From the IMG/VR virus record IMGVR_UViG_3300044701_000569, positions 186,001 to 250,000 of that record: a DNA stretch of 64,000 bases, one strand, 5' to 3'. The notes below the pieces were generated by a model. That model was not told the origin of the DNA. It did no database searches and worked only from the letters and a program-made list of their open reading frames with translations. Below, one piece after another: positions 46,489 through 56,239 of the stretch. The position numbers were made by a program, and so were the translations under genes. Numbering within the stretch: the stretch's first letter is position 1; every line of letters begins with the position of its first letter.

Positions 46489-46539
46489 TTATCTCTTGTG
46501 ATTGCCGCCGCAAATTGGGCATTCTTCTACTGTGTTCAT
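46489..46539 (-). CDS. 16-aa micro-ORF MNTVEECPICGGNHKR
   Basis: AAGGA SD; ATGA overlap with the upstream ORF; fills the gap. Confidence 0.4.
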   Translation of the reverse strand: MNTVEECPICGGNHKR

Positions 46540-46658
46540 AATGTATCCTTTTTAAACATTGTCATAAATCTTGCTTGTATATTTTTAGCGAATTGTGGTT
46601 GAGGAAAATTCCAACCTACAAATGCCCCTATTGCTAACCAAAATAATGTTTCTAACAT
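46536..46658 (-). CDS. Small membrane protein (40 aa, not in ORF track)
   Basis: MLETLFWLAIGAFVGWNFPQPQFAK...; AGGAG upstream. Confidence 0.65.
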   Translation of the reverse strand: MLETLFWLAIGAFVGWNFPQPQFAKNIQARFMTMFKKDTL

Positions 46659-46679
46659 AATACCCTCTCCTTTGTAATA

Positions 46680-47243
46680 TTACATGAATAAGAATAGGCC
46701 CTGAGCACTTAACAGTAACCCAACACCTGCTACAGCAAAGCTGGCCCAGAACATTGGCATACTAACTGCAAGAATACTTGCAGAAAGAACTACAATAGCT
46801 AACTGATATGCTGTACTTGCGTAGCCAATCCACGGACTAGATTTTTTAGCAATCTCACGTTCTGCTTCCATCTTACGTGCATTGATAGAGATTTCTTTCT
46901 TGTCAGATTCCATACGCTCTGCTTCTGCACGGAATTCTTTCTTCAATGCAGGGTCGTTGGTTGTCTTACTAGCAATTTCAAAACTGACTAGACGATTATT
47001 CTTTGCTTGATATTGTGCCCATGCATTGTTAGCACCCAGTGTATTGTTAAGAACTGTAGAACTTAACTTACCACCATACCATGCATTTACTGCAAGGAAT
47101 AGTGCAAACACAGATATAACCATACCTGCTTTGTCTTTGATTTTTGCTTCGCGCTCAGAACGAGATCCGGGAGCCGGCTTTGGAGCATCCGGATCTTTAG
47201 GTTCTTTATTGATTAATTTTAAAATAGAGTCTTGTATAGCCAT
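46680..47243 (-). CDS. Membrane protein, DUF4337-like
   Basis: TM segment, WAQYQAK, coiled coil, then QLAIVVLSASIL and two TM segments. Confidence 0.65.
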   Translation of the reverse strand: MAIQDSILKLINKEPKDPDAPKPAPGSRSEREAKIKDKAGMVISVFALFLAVNAWYGGKLSSTVLNNTLGANNAWAQYQAKNNRLVSFEIASKTTNDPALKKEFRAEAERMESDKKEISINARKMEAEREIAKKSSPWIGYASTAYQLAIVVLSASILAVSMPMFWASFAVAGVGLLLSAQGLFLFM

Positions 47244-47252
47244 CTTCCCTCC

Positions 47253-47645
47253 TTAGAATCTTGATAGAACTGCGGCAGCTGCCTTTTCTGCTTGTGCTGA
47301 CATTATCTTTTTCTTGGCTTCGCAATATGCAGGAGAACCCTCTTTCTCTACACTGCGCTTATAAAAATCGTCTACAGTTTCACGCATAGGCTTTATTAGT
47401 GTTCTTACGTCAGTCTGTCTTAAACCTTTGCTTTCACTGTACATATCAAACCATTCTAGGTTGTCTGATATTTTCTTAACCTGTGCTGCATGTGGCTGTT
47501 TGCAATCCAGCTGTGCTACACTCTGTCTTACGTCTATAATACGTGCAGATTGATTAGAATCACTAAAGCTGGGGATCTTGCTGGTTAAGCTAGCACACCC
47601 TGAAAGTGTTACAGCTAGTGCAACTGTTGCAAGTAGTTTTATCAT
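47253..47645 (-). CDS. Lipoprotein
   Basis: MIKLLATVALAVTLSG-C lipobox; start corrected to 47645. Confidence 0.75.
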   Translation of the reverse strand: MIKLLATVALAVTLSGCASLTSKIPSFSDSNQSARIIDVRQSVAQLDCKQPHAAQVKKISDNLEWFDMYSESKGLRQTDVRTLIKPMRETVDDFYKRSVEKEGSPAYCEAKKKIMSAQAEKAAAAVLSRF

Positions 47646-47646
47646 A

Positions 47647-48042
47647 TTAGTTTTCCTTACAGGAACATTTTGTTTCGTAGTCGTGTATAGCTGCTTTAAT
47701 TGCATCTTCTGCAAGAATTGAGCAGTGTATTTTAACTGGCGGTAGAGCTAGTTCTTCTGCAATTTCTGAATTTTTAATTTCTTTAGCTTGTTGGAGTGTT
47801 CTTCCTTTGACCCACTCTGTGACAAGGCTCGAGCTCGCGATAGCCGATCCGCAGCCATACGTTTTAAATTTTGCATCTGTAATAATACCTGTATCATTAT
47901 CAACCTTTATTTGTAATTTCATTACATCGCCGCAAGCAGGTGCGCCAACCATACCAGTACCAATGGAAGCATCACTAGTAGAAAAACTACCCACGTTTCT
48001 GGGGTTTTCATAATGATCAAGAACTTTATCAGAATATGCCAT
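47647..48042 (-). CDS. iscU: Fe-S cluster scaffold protein IscU
   Basis: MAYSDKVLDHYENPRNVGS, APACGDVM, TYGCGSAIASSS, LPPVKIHCS. Confidence 0.97.
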   Translation of the reverse strand: MAYSDKVLDHYENPRNVGSFSTSDASIGTGMVGAPACGDVMKLQIKVDNDTGIITDAKFKTYGCGSAIASSSLVTEWVKGRTLQQAKEIKNSEIAEELALPPVKIHCSILAEDAIKAAIHDYETKCSCKEN

Positions 48043-48045
48043 AAT

Positions 48046-48453
48046 TTATTTTTTATCTATCTTAACAGCTTCGTTTAGTTTTGAATCAGCTTCTTTATAA
48101 TATCTTTCATACGCTGCAATAATTGCCTGTTGCTGTTGAACATAGGCTCTAATGTCTGAAAGATTTAATCCTAGATCTGCATAGCCTTTGTCAGTTAGAC
48201 CAAATACAGCAATAGGTCTTCCTGACTTAGACAACTCGTCAAAAACTTCTTTATAGTTATCTTTAGTAATAACTACCCATTCGATGTTTCTCATACGAAC
48301 TCGATCAGCTTTGGGTAATTCTAATTTAGGTTTCTCAACTGGAGTAGTTGAGATTTGAATCTCTCTTGGCTTGGGAGTTAGTAAAGCGCAACCACTAACG
48401 CTTAACGAGATTATCAAAAAGCCAAGGACACTCGCTATTGAACGAACGGCCAT
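48046..48453 (-). CDS. Outer-membrane spanin (o-spanin) lipoprotein
   Basis: VSG-C lipobox; Pro-rich; overlaps the 3' end of the i-spanin. Confidence 0.7.
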   Translation of the reverse strand: MAVRSIASVLGFLIISLSVSGCALLTPKPREIQISTTPVEKPKLELPKADRVRMRNIEWVVITKDNYKEVFDELSKSGRPIAVFGLTDKGYADLGLNLSDIRAYVQQQQAIIAAYERYYKEADSKLNEAVKIDKK

Positions 48454-48856
48454 CTTTTGCCTCCTTCTCTGTCTTAGTTAGTTCTGCACCTGACAACAGC
48501 TCAAAGCATCTACCTGCTTTAGCACTGGCCGCATTGACTACACGTTGTATAGCTTCTGGTTTTGCGGCAGCAGTTTGTCCTAGGTCATGACGCTCTAGTT
48601 TCTCAGCAAGAACTTGATTCTGTGCTCTAATTCTACTAAACTCTTCATTAGTCTGCTTAATTTCAGTTGTTACACGAGCAAAGTCTTTTTTCATAGTATC
48701 GATCGTTTGCTCGTTTAATTTAACAGCAGTGTCTAACTTTGCATTGTTCTCAGTCAGGATTCGTATTCTGTCCTGACTGTCTTTATAATACCAGTAGCCA
48801 GCACCACCTAAGACGAGCATGACTACTAGCATTATACCTGCAAGTTTAAATCCCAT
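48395..48856 (-). CDS. Inner-membrane spanin (i-spanin)
   Basis: N-terminal TM plus long coiled coil, directly after the endolysin. Confidence 0.7.
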   Translation of the reverse strand: MGFKLAGIMLVVMLVLGGAGYWYYKDSQDRIRILTENNAKLDTAVKLNEQTIDTMKKDFARVTTEIKQTNEEFSRIRAQNQVLAEKLERHDLGQTAAAKPEAIQRVVNAASAKAGRCFELLSGAELTKTEKEAKDGRSFNSECPWLFDNLVKR

Positions 48857-48861
48857 GGAGT

Positions 48862-49740
48862 TTATCCCAATAAAGCCTGTAAGGTTTTTGGTCCAGCTAC
48901 TCCATCCGCCGACAACCCATTTTGTGCTTGCCAGTTTTGTAGAGCTCGCTTGGTTCCCGGACCAAAATCTCCATCCGCGTTTAAACCAAGAGCTTCCTGT
49001 AGCTGCTGTACTAAAGGGCCTCTTGAACCTTCCTTTAGTACTTGATTGAAATTTACCTCACCACTGTCATCGTGATCTTCGTTATGTGAAGAAGATCCGC
49101 CACCGCTGCCTAAAACTTCTATTGCATGATTAAAATGCTTCTTACGATCTTCTAGACCAATAGTTCCGCCATTGATTTTCTTAGTCATGCCTACAATATC
49201 GCCAGCATCACAGAACTTGTTAATGTTGTTAGTATCCCAGAACCAAGCAGCACTGTCAAGAGCACCCTTCTTAGTTCCGATATAATCTACAGCTTCGCCA
49301 AGATCCATTTCCATTGCCTTGGCAAAACCTGAATAGTTACTCTTACCAGTCAACTGAATCAATCCACGACCACGATAGCGGAAACCATCACCAGAAGCTT
49401 CATCACCGTTGCCCATTCTGCTCGAATAGACTACGTTAGCAATTTTCTCTGGCTGGCGAGCATATGCGTTAGCATCTCTACCTGCATTCTTAAAATACTT
49501 AGGGAAAATCTTATTCAAACCATCAGCTGAATAGTTTAGATTTTCTGAAAGTACCTTAAAGCCTGCTGATTCGTGTGCGCACTGTGCGACGAATCCGGCT
49601 ACACGTTCTACAGTATTAATTTGCCAAAGCGGTAGTACTTCACACATAGCTTCGTACCATGCATCAGCTTCTTTATTTCCATGCAGTAGTTCTCTTACTT
49701 GATCTACTGTAAACTTAAACTTAAAATGTTCTGCACCCAT
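48862..49740 (-). CDS. Endolysin: GH19 lysozyme/chitinase domain plus C-terminal peptidoglycan-binding domain
   Basis: AQCAHES, ENLNYS, RGRGLIQLTG, INGGTIGLEDR; ADGDFGPGT...ADGVAGPKT. Confidence 0.93.
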   Translation of the reverse strand: MGAEHFKFKFTVDQVRELLHGNKEADAWYEAMCEVLPLWQINTVERVAGFVAQCAHESAGFKVLSENLNYSADGLNKIFPKYFKNAGRDANAYARQPEKIANVVYSSRMGNGDEASGDGFRYRGRGLIQLTGKSNYSGFAKAMEMDLGEAVDYIGTKKGALDSAAWFWDTNNINKFCDAGDIVGMTKKINGGTIGLEDRKKHFNHAIEVLGSGGGSSSHNEDHDDSGEVNFNQVLKEGSRGPLVQQLQEALGLNADGDFGPGTKRALQNWQAQNGLSADGVAGPKTLQALLG

Positions 49741-49755
49741 TGCAATTACCTTCCT

Positions 49756-50472
49756 TTAAAAAATGCGCTTTAGAACAACGACTTTGTCTTTGTTTTCCAG
49801 CGTCAGCTTGTCACCGTATTTGGTAATGTTATAATCTCCAATGTACTTAGTCAAAAATATAATTTCTGCAAAGTCATTAGCATTAAAACCTTCATTAATA
49901 TTAGTTATTGTTTCTTCAGCATCACCAAAGTCTACAAATCTAAATCTTACAGGATCTGCCCATGGTTTCTTGATAGTGAGTATATCGTCTATCATTTCTA
50001 CTGATTCAACATAACTTCTATTAAAGAAATTCTTATAATTTTCTAAATTTGATTCTGTAACAGTTAACCCATATTGATCTGGCTCAACTGGGATCATTTC
50101 AGAAAGATTCTTTTCATCAACTGCTAGACTGCGCCAATTCTTATAGTATCTAAATTTTAGATTATCCATGTCGCACAAGTTTTTAATACCGTTAGCAATT
50201 TCTAAAATTTGACTAGGTGCATCCTTATGTCGTTCAATTTCAACAAACACTTTGTATGTACCGTCACTTGTTTCTCCGCTAGTAGCATCTGCATCAAGAA
50301 CAAAGCTGTAACCTTTTTCTAAAAAAGTTTCTAAATCATCGGCAGCTTCTTTAGTTTTAACACTAAAGCTCATAGTGATAATATCTTGATCAGACCCCAT
50401 TTTACTTTTATAACTGTCTATCTCCATAATGTGATAGACTAAATCACGCAGATCGCTTTGTCTTAGTGTCAT
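49756..50472 (-). CDS. Hypothetical phage protein
   Basis: 238 aa ORF (EIDSYKSKMG.D.D). Confidence 0.7.
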   Translation of the reverse strand: MTLRQSDLRDLVYHIMEIDSYKSKMGSDQDIITMSFSVKTKEAADDLETFLEKGYSFVLDADATSGETSDGTYKVFVEIERHKDAPSQILEIANGIKNLCDMDNLKFRYYKNWRSLAVDEKNLSEMIPVEPDQYGLTVTESNLENYKNFFNRSYVESVEMIDDILTIKKPWADPVRFRFVDFGDAEETITNINEGFNANDFAEIIFLTKYIGDYNITKYGDKLTLENKDKVVVLKRIF

Positions 50473-51023
50473 TGTACAGCCCCTTCTTCAGGTGCTGCTG
50501 CAACAGCTTCAGGTGCTACTGCACCAGTTGTTAACTCATCAGCGTTTTGAGATGTTGAAGGAATTTTAGTATCCTTAGCTGGTTCAACGGCTGCTTCTTT
50601 ATATCCTGAGTAAATATCAGCTATAAGAGATTTAGGCATCTGTATTTCTACTAACCAGATAGGATGTAGGTCTAATTTACCTTTTTTAGTACCTGGACGT
50701 ATGTCATCAGGTTCGCGTATTTTTCTAGGTTCAATTAGATTAGAACGAATGTATTTGACTTTACAATCATAATCTAGCAAACGTTTGCCGCCCATAGGAT
50801 CAGGCATCTTATCTTTTGGCCACATAAACGTACAAGTAACCCAGTGTCTTTCGATCGTTGGGCCACTAGCAAGCTCGCCTTCTGCCCAGTTAGCATACAC
50901 ATAGATATCTAGCTCATCAAGAACTCTTTCGAAGTCTTTAAGTACTTCAAACGCTGTGTTAGAATCGTATATATTTTCAATGTTGTTTATAATATCAAGA
51001 ACGTCTTGCATAGCTGTTTCCAT
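50469..51023 (-). CDS. Hypothetical phage protein
   Basis: 184 aa ORF (DFERVLDELDIYV..NW..GEL..GP, MPDP.GG.RL); TAAATA at 51037-51042. Confidence 0.7.
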   Translation of the reverse strand: METAMQDVLDIINNIENIYDSNTAFEVLKDFERVLDELDIYVYANWAEGELASGPTIERHWVTCTFMWPKDKMPDPMGGKRLLDYDCKVKYIRSNLIEPRKIREPDDIRPGTKKGKLDLHPIWLVEIQMPKSLIADIYSGYKEAAVEPAKDTKIPSTSQNADELTTGAVAPEAVAAAPEEGAVQ

Positions 51024-51169
51024 AGTTTCCTATACTTATTTATCGTATCTAAAAAGTTAACAAGCGTTTTTATCATTTTTAATGTTTACTAAATAACTGT
51101 GTAAGGGATGTATTTTCCCTTGCTGGAAAGACAGTCCTTACACAAAACTACCCTTAAGGAGGACATTTA

Positions 51170-51895
51170 ATGGGTGCAAGACGTGCTTCTAAGAAGCAAA
51201 ACAGCGCAACTTTCAACTACAGCAATGTAGTAAATATCAATACTTTCCAAAAGCAGAAAACAGTCCACATTATTCCAAGGAATAGAAATCAAGAAGCCTA
51301 CGTGCTAACATTACTGGATCCAAAGAAAGACATAGTCTTCGGTATTGGTCCAGCAGGAACAGGTAAGACACTCTTAGCTGTGCAGGTAGCAGTAAAATAT
51401 TTTAAAGAAGAAAAGATAGATAAGATTATCGTCACAAGACCAGCCGTGTCTGTAGACGAAGATCTAGGATTTCTGCCAGGTACACTAGAACAAAAAATGG
51501 CTCCGTGGACAAGACCAATTTTTGATGTGTTAAGAGAGTATTTTAACTCACGTGAAATAGAAGGGATGATAGAAGAAGGTATTATTGAAATCGCACCACT
51601 AGCTTATATGCGCGGCCGAACATTTAAGAACGCATTTATTCTTGCTGATGAAATGCAAAACGCAACACCCAATCAAATGAAAATGTTGCTAACAAGAATA
51701 GGTGAAGGCTCTAAAATGGCTGTCACAGGAGACCTTAATCAAGCAGACAGATTAAAAGACAACGGTCTTATTGATTTTATCAAACAGCTTGAGAATAAGA
51801 ACGCAACAAGGCTGGACATAGTCCAATTTACACAAGGGGATATTGAAAGACACGAAGCAGTAAAAGAAGTACTCAGCGTCTACGGCGACGAATAA
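51170..51895 (+). CDS. phoH: PhoH family ATPase
   Basis: GPAGTGKT, TRPAV, LGFLPG, AYMRGRTF, DEMQN, TGDLNQAD. Confidence 0.95.
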   Translation: MGARRASKKQNSATFNYSNVVNINTFQKQKTVHIIPRNRNQEAYVLTLLDPKKDIVFGIGPAGTGKTLLAVQVAVKYFKEEKIDKIIVTRPAVSVDEDLGFLPGTLEQKMAPWTRPIFDVLREYFNSREIEGMIEEGIIEIAPLAYMRGRTFKNAFILADEMQNATPNQMKMLLTRIGEGSKMAVTGDLNQADRLKDNGLIDFIKQLENKNATRLDIVQFTQGDIERHEAVKEVLSVYGDE

Positions 51896-51897
51896 AG

Positions 51898-51922
51898 GAA
51901 AAGGACCTTAATGGTCCTTTTC
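51898..51922. terminator. Bidirectional hairpin terminator between convergent phoH and dCMP deaminase
   Basis: GAAAAGGACC-TTAAT-GGTCCTTTTC, a perfect 10-bp stem. Confidence 0.7.
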
Positions 51923-52357
51923 TACTTTTACAACTTCGATTCCGGATTTTTCGAGGAACTCCGTACCTTCAGAGCTGCGATAAGCAGTGCTATAAAACAC
52001 ACGCTTAATGCCGCTTTGATAAATGAGCTTGGCACAATCCAAACAAGGACTGTGAGTGACGAATAGGTCAGCACCAAATCCAGATTCCGTTCCTCTAGCC
52101 AACTTAGCAATCGCGTTAGTTTCTGCATGCAAAACCTCCGGTTTAGTTTTTAAAATGATATCTTCGCCTACTTCAGCTTCTCTCACAATCTCATCTTCAC
52201 AGTTGTTATCCCAACCAGCAGGCATACCGTTGTAACCAATTGAAATAATTCTGTCATCTTTTACAATGATAGCGCCTACATGAAGTCTACGTGCATGACT
52301 AAGCTCTGCAAATGTTTCAGCAGTTTTCATATATGCTTGAATAAATTTATTCTTCAC
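51908..52357 (-). CDS. dCMP deaminase
   Basis: VGAIIV, GYNG, HAETNA, SPCLDC. Confidence 0.93.
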   Translation of the reverse strand: MKNKFIQAYMKTAETFAELSHARRLHVGAIIVKDDRIISIGYNGMPAGWDNNCEDEIVREAEVGEDIILKTKPEVLHAETNAIAKLARGTESGFGADLFVTHSPCLDCAKLIYQSGIKRVFYSTAYRSSEGTEFLEKSGIEVVKVEKDH

Positions 52358-52796
52358 TTACAATCTCCCATGTGCCATCTCCTAATAATCTAACAGCATG
52401 TTCGTATACGTAATCAATAGGAACACCGGTACACCAATCATTAGGACCTAAAATAGCTAATCTATAAAATTCTTTTCTTTTGTCCCATATTAGATAATAT
52501 GTTTTATATGGAACTGTAACAAATTGGTATTCTGACTCTAATACTTTATCTGTTACAGACAATCTATCAATAATTTTCTGTGCTTGTTTTTGTATTAGTT
52601 CTGCTTGTTTTAATACTAACTGATATTGCTCATTTAATTCTTCTAATTTTTCATTAGCGTGATAGCGAGCAATATTTTTAGCCTTATCCTTTATAGTAGC
52701 AATAGGCAAAGGTTCAAACTTTGGTGCTCCTACATTTGTAGGATAAGGCATTATATTAGGATGATCTGCTACTTGATCAGGTTTTTTATTCTTCAT
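52347..52796 (-). CDS. Hypothetical protein (DUF2452-like)
   Basis: MPYPTNVGAPKF, coiled coil, GPNDW, DGTW. Confidence 0.55.
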   Translation of the reverse strand: MKNKKPDQVADHPNIMPYPTNVGAPKFEPLPIATIKDKAKNIARYHANEKLEELNEQYQLVLKQAELIQKQAQKIIDRLSVTDKVLESEYQFVTVPYKTYYLIWDKRKEFYRLAILGPNDWCTGVPIDYVYEHAVRLLGDGTWEIVSEE

Positions 52797-52995
52797 ACCG
52801 ATTGTTTAAGATCATCATTATGTATTCATTTTTAGTATAGATAAATCTATTCTTAAAAATCTTATCTTTTTTCATATACTGATATTCATATGCGTGATAC
52901 ATGTTTAACCAAATTAGTTTTTTGCTCCATGTACTGCGCACAGGGAGCCATGCATATTTTTCGTACCAACGCTCATCAAGTATATTATAGGTCAT
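52786..52995 (-). CDS. Hypothetical protein
   Basis: 69 aa ORF (AWLPVR). Confidence 0.6.
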   Translation of the reverse strand: MTYNILDERWYEKYAWLPVRSTWSKKLIWLNMYHAYEYQYMKKDKIFKNRFIYTKNEYIMMILNNRYEE

Positions 52996-53858
52996 ACAGC
53001 CATAGGTGCAGTAATACTGTCCATAGGAAAATAGTTAATTAGTTTATACTGTTCGGGTTTTGTCTTTACTAATTCTTCAAGATCTTTAAACTTAGGCATT
53101 TCTAAAGTAGGCCCAGACGCAGGTTCTCTTGTTATTTGCAACTTAACCTGCTCAAAATGATTTTGATAGATATGACAGTCTCCGCCAGTCCATACAAAAT
53201 CGCCTACCTTTAGATTTAATAACTGCGCCATCATATGAGTTAGTAGACTATAAGATGCAATGTTAAACGGAACACCTAAGAACATATCAGCACTACGCTG
53301 ATACAGTTGACAGCTTAGTTCGCCGTCTTGAATATGAAACTGAAATAATGTATGACACGGAGGCAACGCCATAACATTAACCTTATCAGCGTTCCATGCA
53401 CTTACAATGTGCCTGCGACTGTTAGGATTGTAATACATGTTTTCGAGAACTTCAGCTATCTGGTCAACATATCCAATTTGTGCATCCCAACTACGCCATT
53501 GGTGTCCATATACTGGTCCTAGATCTTTTTCTATATCAGTATTAGTGTAACCTAAATCTTTAGCCTGCTTGTCAGCATTAGCAGTCCAAATAGTTGTTTT
53601 TCCTACAAGTTCTTCACGGTTCTTTCCATAGTGTATTTCAGCTAGACGTCTCTCATCTGAACTTCCTTCAAGCATCCATAGCAGTTCCGAAACTACACTT
53701 TTCCAAGCCAGCTTCTTTGTTGTAACCGCAGGAAAGCTCTCACGCAGGTCAAACCGCATTTGATAACCAAATACTCCCCGTGTACCTACACCAGTTCGGT
53801 CATCTCTATCTTTGCCATTTTCTAAAATAAATTTTAGTGCATCAATGTACTGTTTCAT
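52992..53858 (-). CDS. thyA: Thymidylate synthase
   Basis: [37 protein letters not shown]. Confidence 0.97.
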   Translation of the reverse strand: MKQYIDALKFILENGKDRDDRTGVGTRGVFGYQMRFDLRESFPAVTTKKLAWKSVVSELLWMLEGSSDERRLAEIHYGKNREELVGKTTIWTANADKQAKDLGYTNTDIEKDLGPVYGHQWRSWDAQIGYVDQIAEVLENMYYNPNSRRHIVSAWNADKVNVMALPPCHTLFQFHIQDGELSCQLYQRSADMFLGVPFNIASYSLLTHMMAQLLNLKVGDFVWTGGDCHIYQNHFEQVKLQITREPASGPTLEMPKFKDLEELVKTKPEQYKLINYFPMDSITAPMAV

Positions 53859-54343
53859 TTTCTCTTCTTTAATATCTGAAAGGTAACATCTTCATGAACT
53901 TCTTCCCAGTCAACTTTGAATAAGGTATCAATTTTTCTATTTGGTAAGAAAGTGTCGCAGTTATAAACACCTGGTATTTTACTAAGATAAAACTCGTCAA
54001 TAACACCCAAGCATTGTTCAACAACTTTTGCTCCACCAATAATCCAAACAAATTGACCAGGATATTTTTCCTTTAGTTTTAATAATTCGTTTACTAGATT
54101 TCCTAAGATGTATTCATCTGCTCCAGGATACGAATCTTTATTATTAGTAACTAAGACATTAGTCCTTAGAGGTAATGGGCGTGGCATGTGAGGATCAATC
54201 CATGTAGTAGATCCCATAACGACTACATGGCCTTTAGTATTTTCTTTAAACCATTTTAAATCTTTTGAATTGTGAGGCCAAGGAAGTGTTCCTGAATTAC
54301 TGATACCACCTGCATCGTCACAGGCCATAATAGCTCTAATCAT
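53855..54343 (-). CDS. folA: Dihydrofolate reductase
   Basis: LPWP..DL..FK, VVMG, RPLP.R, IIGGA, CDTF. Confidence 0.93.
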   Translation of the reverse strand: MIRAIMACDDAGGISNSGTLPWPHNSKDLKWFKENTKGHVVVMGSTTWIDPHMPRPLPLRTNVLVTNNKDSYPGADEYILGNLVNELLKLKEKYPGQFVWIIGGAKVVEQCLGVIDEFYLSKIPGVYNCDTFLPNRKIDTLFKVDWEEVHEDVTFQILKKRK

Positions 54344-54690
54344 TAGTCTCCCTTTCCTGGCTTCGTAGAAAAGTGTTCTACAAATTTATTAGGAACTCCG
54401 TTCCATTCTTCTGCATCCTTAGGAACATCAAACTCTCTTCGTTTGGTTATGTTTGGCCACAGTTTACTATACTTTTTATTGATTTCCATCCAACGATCTA
54501 CATCTTCAACAGCAGCTTCAGGGTGGATAGCATCTATAGGACATTCTGGTTGACATACACCGCAATCAATGCACTCATCTGGATTAATCACTAGGAAGTT
54601 TTCACCTTCATAGAAACAGTCAACAGGGCAGACTGTTACACAGTCCATATGCTTGCATTTAATACAGTTTTCAGTTACTAGATATGTCAT
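54343..54690 (-). CDS. fdxA: 7Fe/8Fe ferredoxin (FdxA type)
   Basis: [17 protein letters not shown] and [12 protein letters not shown]. Confidence 0.93.
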   Translation of the reverse strand: MTYLVTENCIKCKHMDCVTVCPVDCFYEGENFLVINPDECIDCGVCQPECPIDAIHPEAAVEDVDRWMEINKKYSKLWPNITKRREFDVPKDAEEWNGVPNKFVEHFSTKPGKGD

Positions 54691-55601
54691 AGTCTTGCTA
54701 ACCTAATCAGTGTTGCTGACAAATTAATCTCTGGATCAACTACAAGCGTATGATCCACTAATCCCTGTTTGATAACAAGTATTGCGCTATGCTGTCTTTC
54801 TTCATCACCGAACAGCTCAATGTTGTCATAGAGCCAACGATAGATTTCTTCCATTTCTTCTGGGCGAACACTGCCACACAGTAGTTTACGTGCTTCAAGG
54901 ATTTTGCCTGCTTTAAACAGCTCAACCATGTTGATTTTCCAATCTGCTGTACCACTGTCACCTTCGTGCGGTTTGATCAGTACACCATCCTGACTGTTCA
55001 TTTGCACCATATTAATGCATTTGCGAAGATCTGGATACGATGCTTTAACATAAGTGTCAAGGGTATCTATATCCATTTCAACTGATTCAGTTATGAGAAT
55101 TTCTGCAACCCTAGCAGTAAATTCTGTTTGATCTACTTTAGCAATATGAAAGCCCTGACAGCGACTGTGAATAGCAGGAATGATTCTATTTGGGTAGTTA
55201 CAGGTTAGTACAAATCTTGCTGTAGTGTGATACTCTTCCATAACGCCACGCAGGATAGCCTGAGCATTGGGAGTAAGATAGTCTGCTTCGTCTAATAGCA
55301 CAACCTTAAACGGACCAAAAGGAATCATCTGAACAAAGTTAGTGATCTTGTCACGAATAGTGTCTGCATTGTTTTCGCGGCTTGCGTTAATCTCCATAAT
55401 GTCTAGATCGTTAATGTCTAGCTCATTAAAAAGAATACGTGCCAGCGTAGTCTTACCAATACCAGCATTTCCACTAAACAGTAAGTGCGGGATCGTTTGA
55501 TCTTTGATCCACTGCATTACTTGTTTCTTTTGTGCATCATCTCTAAAGACATAACCATCTACAGTCTTAGGGCGATACTTTTCTACCCATAATTCTTTCA
55601 T
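54687..55601 (-). CDS. Clamp loader AAA+ subunit (gp44/RFC-like)
   Basis: [29 protein letters not shown]. Confidence 0.93.
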   Translation of the reverse strand: MKELWVEKYRPKTVDGYVFRDDAQKKQVMQWIKDQTIPHLLFSGNAGIGKTTLARILFNELDINDLDIMEINASRENNADTIRDKITNFVQMIPFGPFKVVLLDEADYLTPNAQAILRGVMEEYHTTARFVLTCNYPNRIIPAIHSRCQGFHIAKVDQTEFTARVAEILITESVEMDIDTLDTYVKASYPDLRKCINMVQMNSQDGVLIKPHEGDSGTADWKINMVELFKAGKILEARKLLCGSVRPEEMEEIYRWLYDNIELFGDEERQHSAILVIKQGLVDHTLVVDPEINLSATLIRLARL

Positions 55602-55642
55602 GATTTTAACCTCAAATATAAGTTTCTAATAGCCTTAGCTAG

Positions 55643-55671
55643 ATTATAATATCTAGCTTTGTATTTGTCAT
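55643..55671 (-). promoter_or_regulatory. Sigma70-like promoter with a palindrome over the -10 box
   Basis: ATGACA-17-TATAAT; AGCTAGAT-TATAAT-ATCTAGCT at 55637-55658. Confidence 0.6.
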
Positions 55672-55682
55672 TGATTATTTCT

Positions 55683-55874
55683 TTAGCTAGCGGATTCATC
55701 ATTTTCCTTAGCAGGTGGTTGCTTCTTACGCTTACCATAAAAGCTAGTACTAGAAAGCACAGCCTCTTCCGATCTTTTTCCGTATGGAATTTTTTGAATT
55801 ACTCCACCTTTATTAAGAAACTCTTGTATTGCTTCTTCTGAAACATTGTCTAATGTTTTTTTTATGTGTATCAT
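55683..55874 (-). CDS. Hypothetical protein
   Basis: 63 aa ORF (IQEFLNKGGVIQKIP.G). Confidence 0.65.
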   Translation of the reverse strand: MIHIKKTLDNVSEEAIQEFLNKGGVIQKIPYGKRSEEAVLSSTSFYGKRKKQPPAKENDESAS

Positions 55875-56239
55875 AATATCTCTTCTTTGTAGTCTTTAGA
55901 AATAGAGTCTAGCAACTCGAAGTTTTCTTCTGCCCGCTTAATGGCTTCTAGTGCTTTCAGCAATGCTGGATTCTTTTGTGCAGCCTCAAGCCTACGCATA
56001 TACATAGTACGCTGTGCTCTAGCCCATTCTAATAAATTTTTAACATCTGGCGTAAGATCAATAGCAGGGTATGACGGCACTATCTGCTTCCAAGATACTC
56101 CGTCACTAACTTCTATACAGTTCATATTAGGGTTCCAACGCATCATACCAGCACCTATTGCACTTGTACTGATGAACGGTGGCGTCGACCCACCGCCTGA
56201 TACTTGTATATATTCACTACCAGTTATGTTAGTAATCAT
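55871..56239 (-). CDS. Hypothetical protein
   Basis: 122 aa ORF, coupled. Confidence 0.65.
   Translation of the reverse strand: MITNITGSEYIQVSGGGSTPPFISTSAIGAGMMRWNPNMNCIEVSDGVSWKQIVPSYPAIDLTPDVKNLLEWARAQRTMYMRRLEAAQKNPALLKALEAIKRAEENFELLDSISKDYKEEIL

Noticed and set aside
41806-54690. Bacterial chromosome origin (clpA, dnaJ, iscU, thyA, folA, fdxA)
   Set aside because: These genes are interspersed with a T4-like polB, clamp loader, RNase H, lysis and virion genes and TAAATA promoters, and lack their usual bacterial operon partners.
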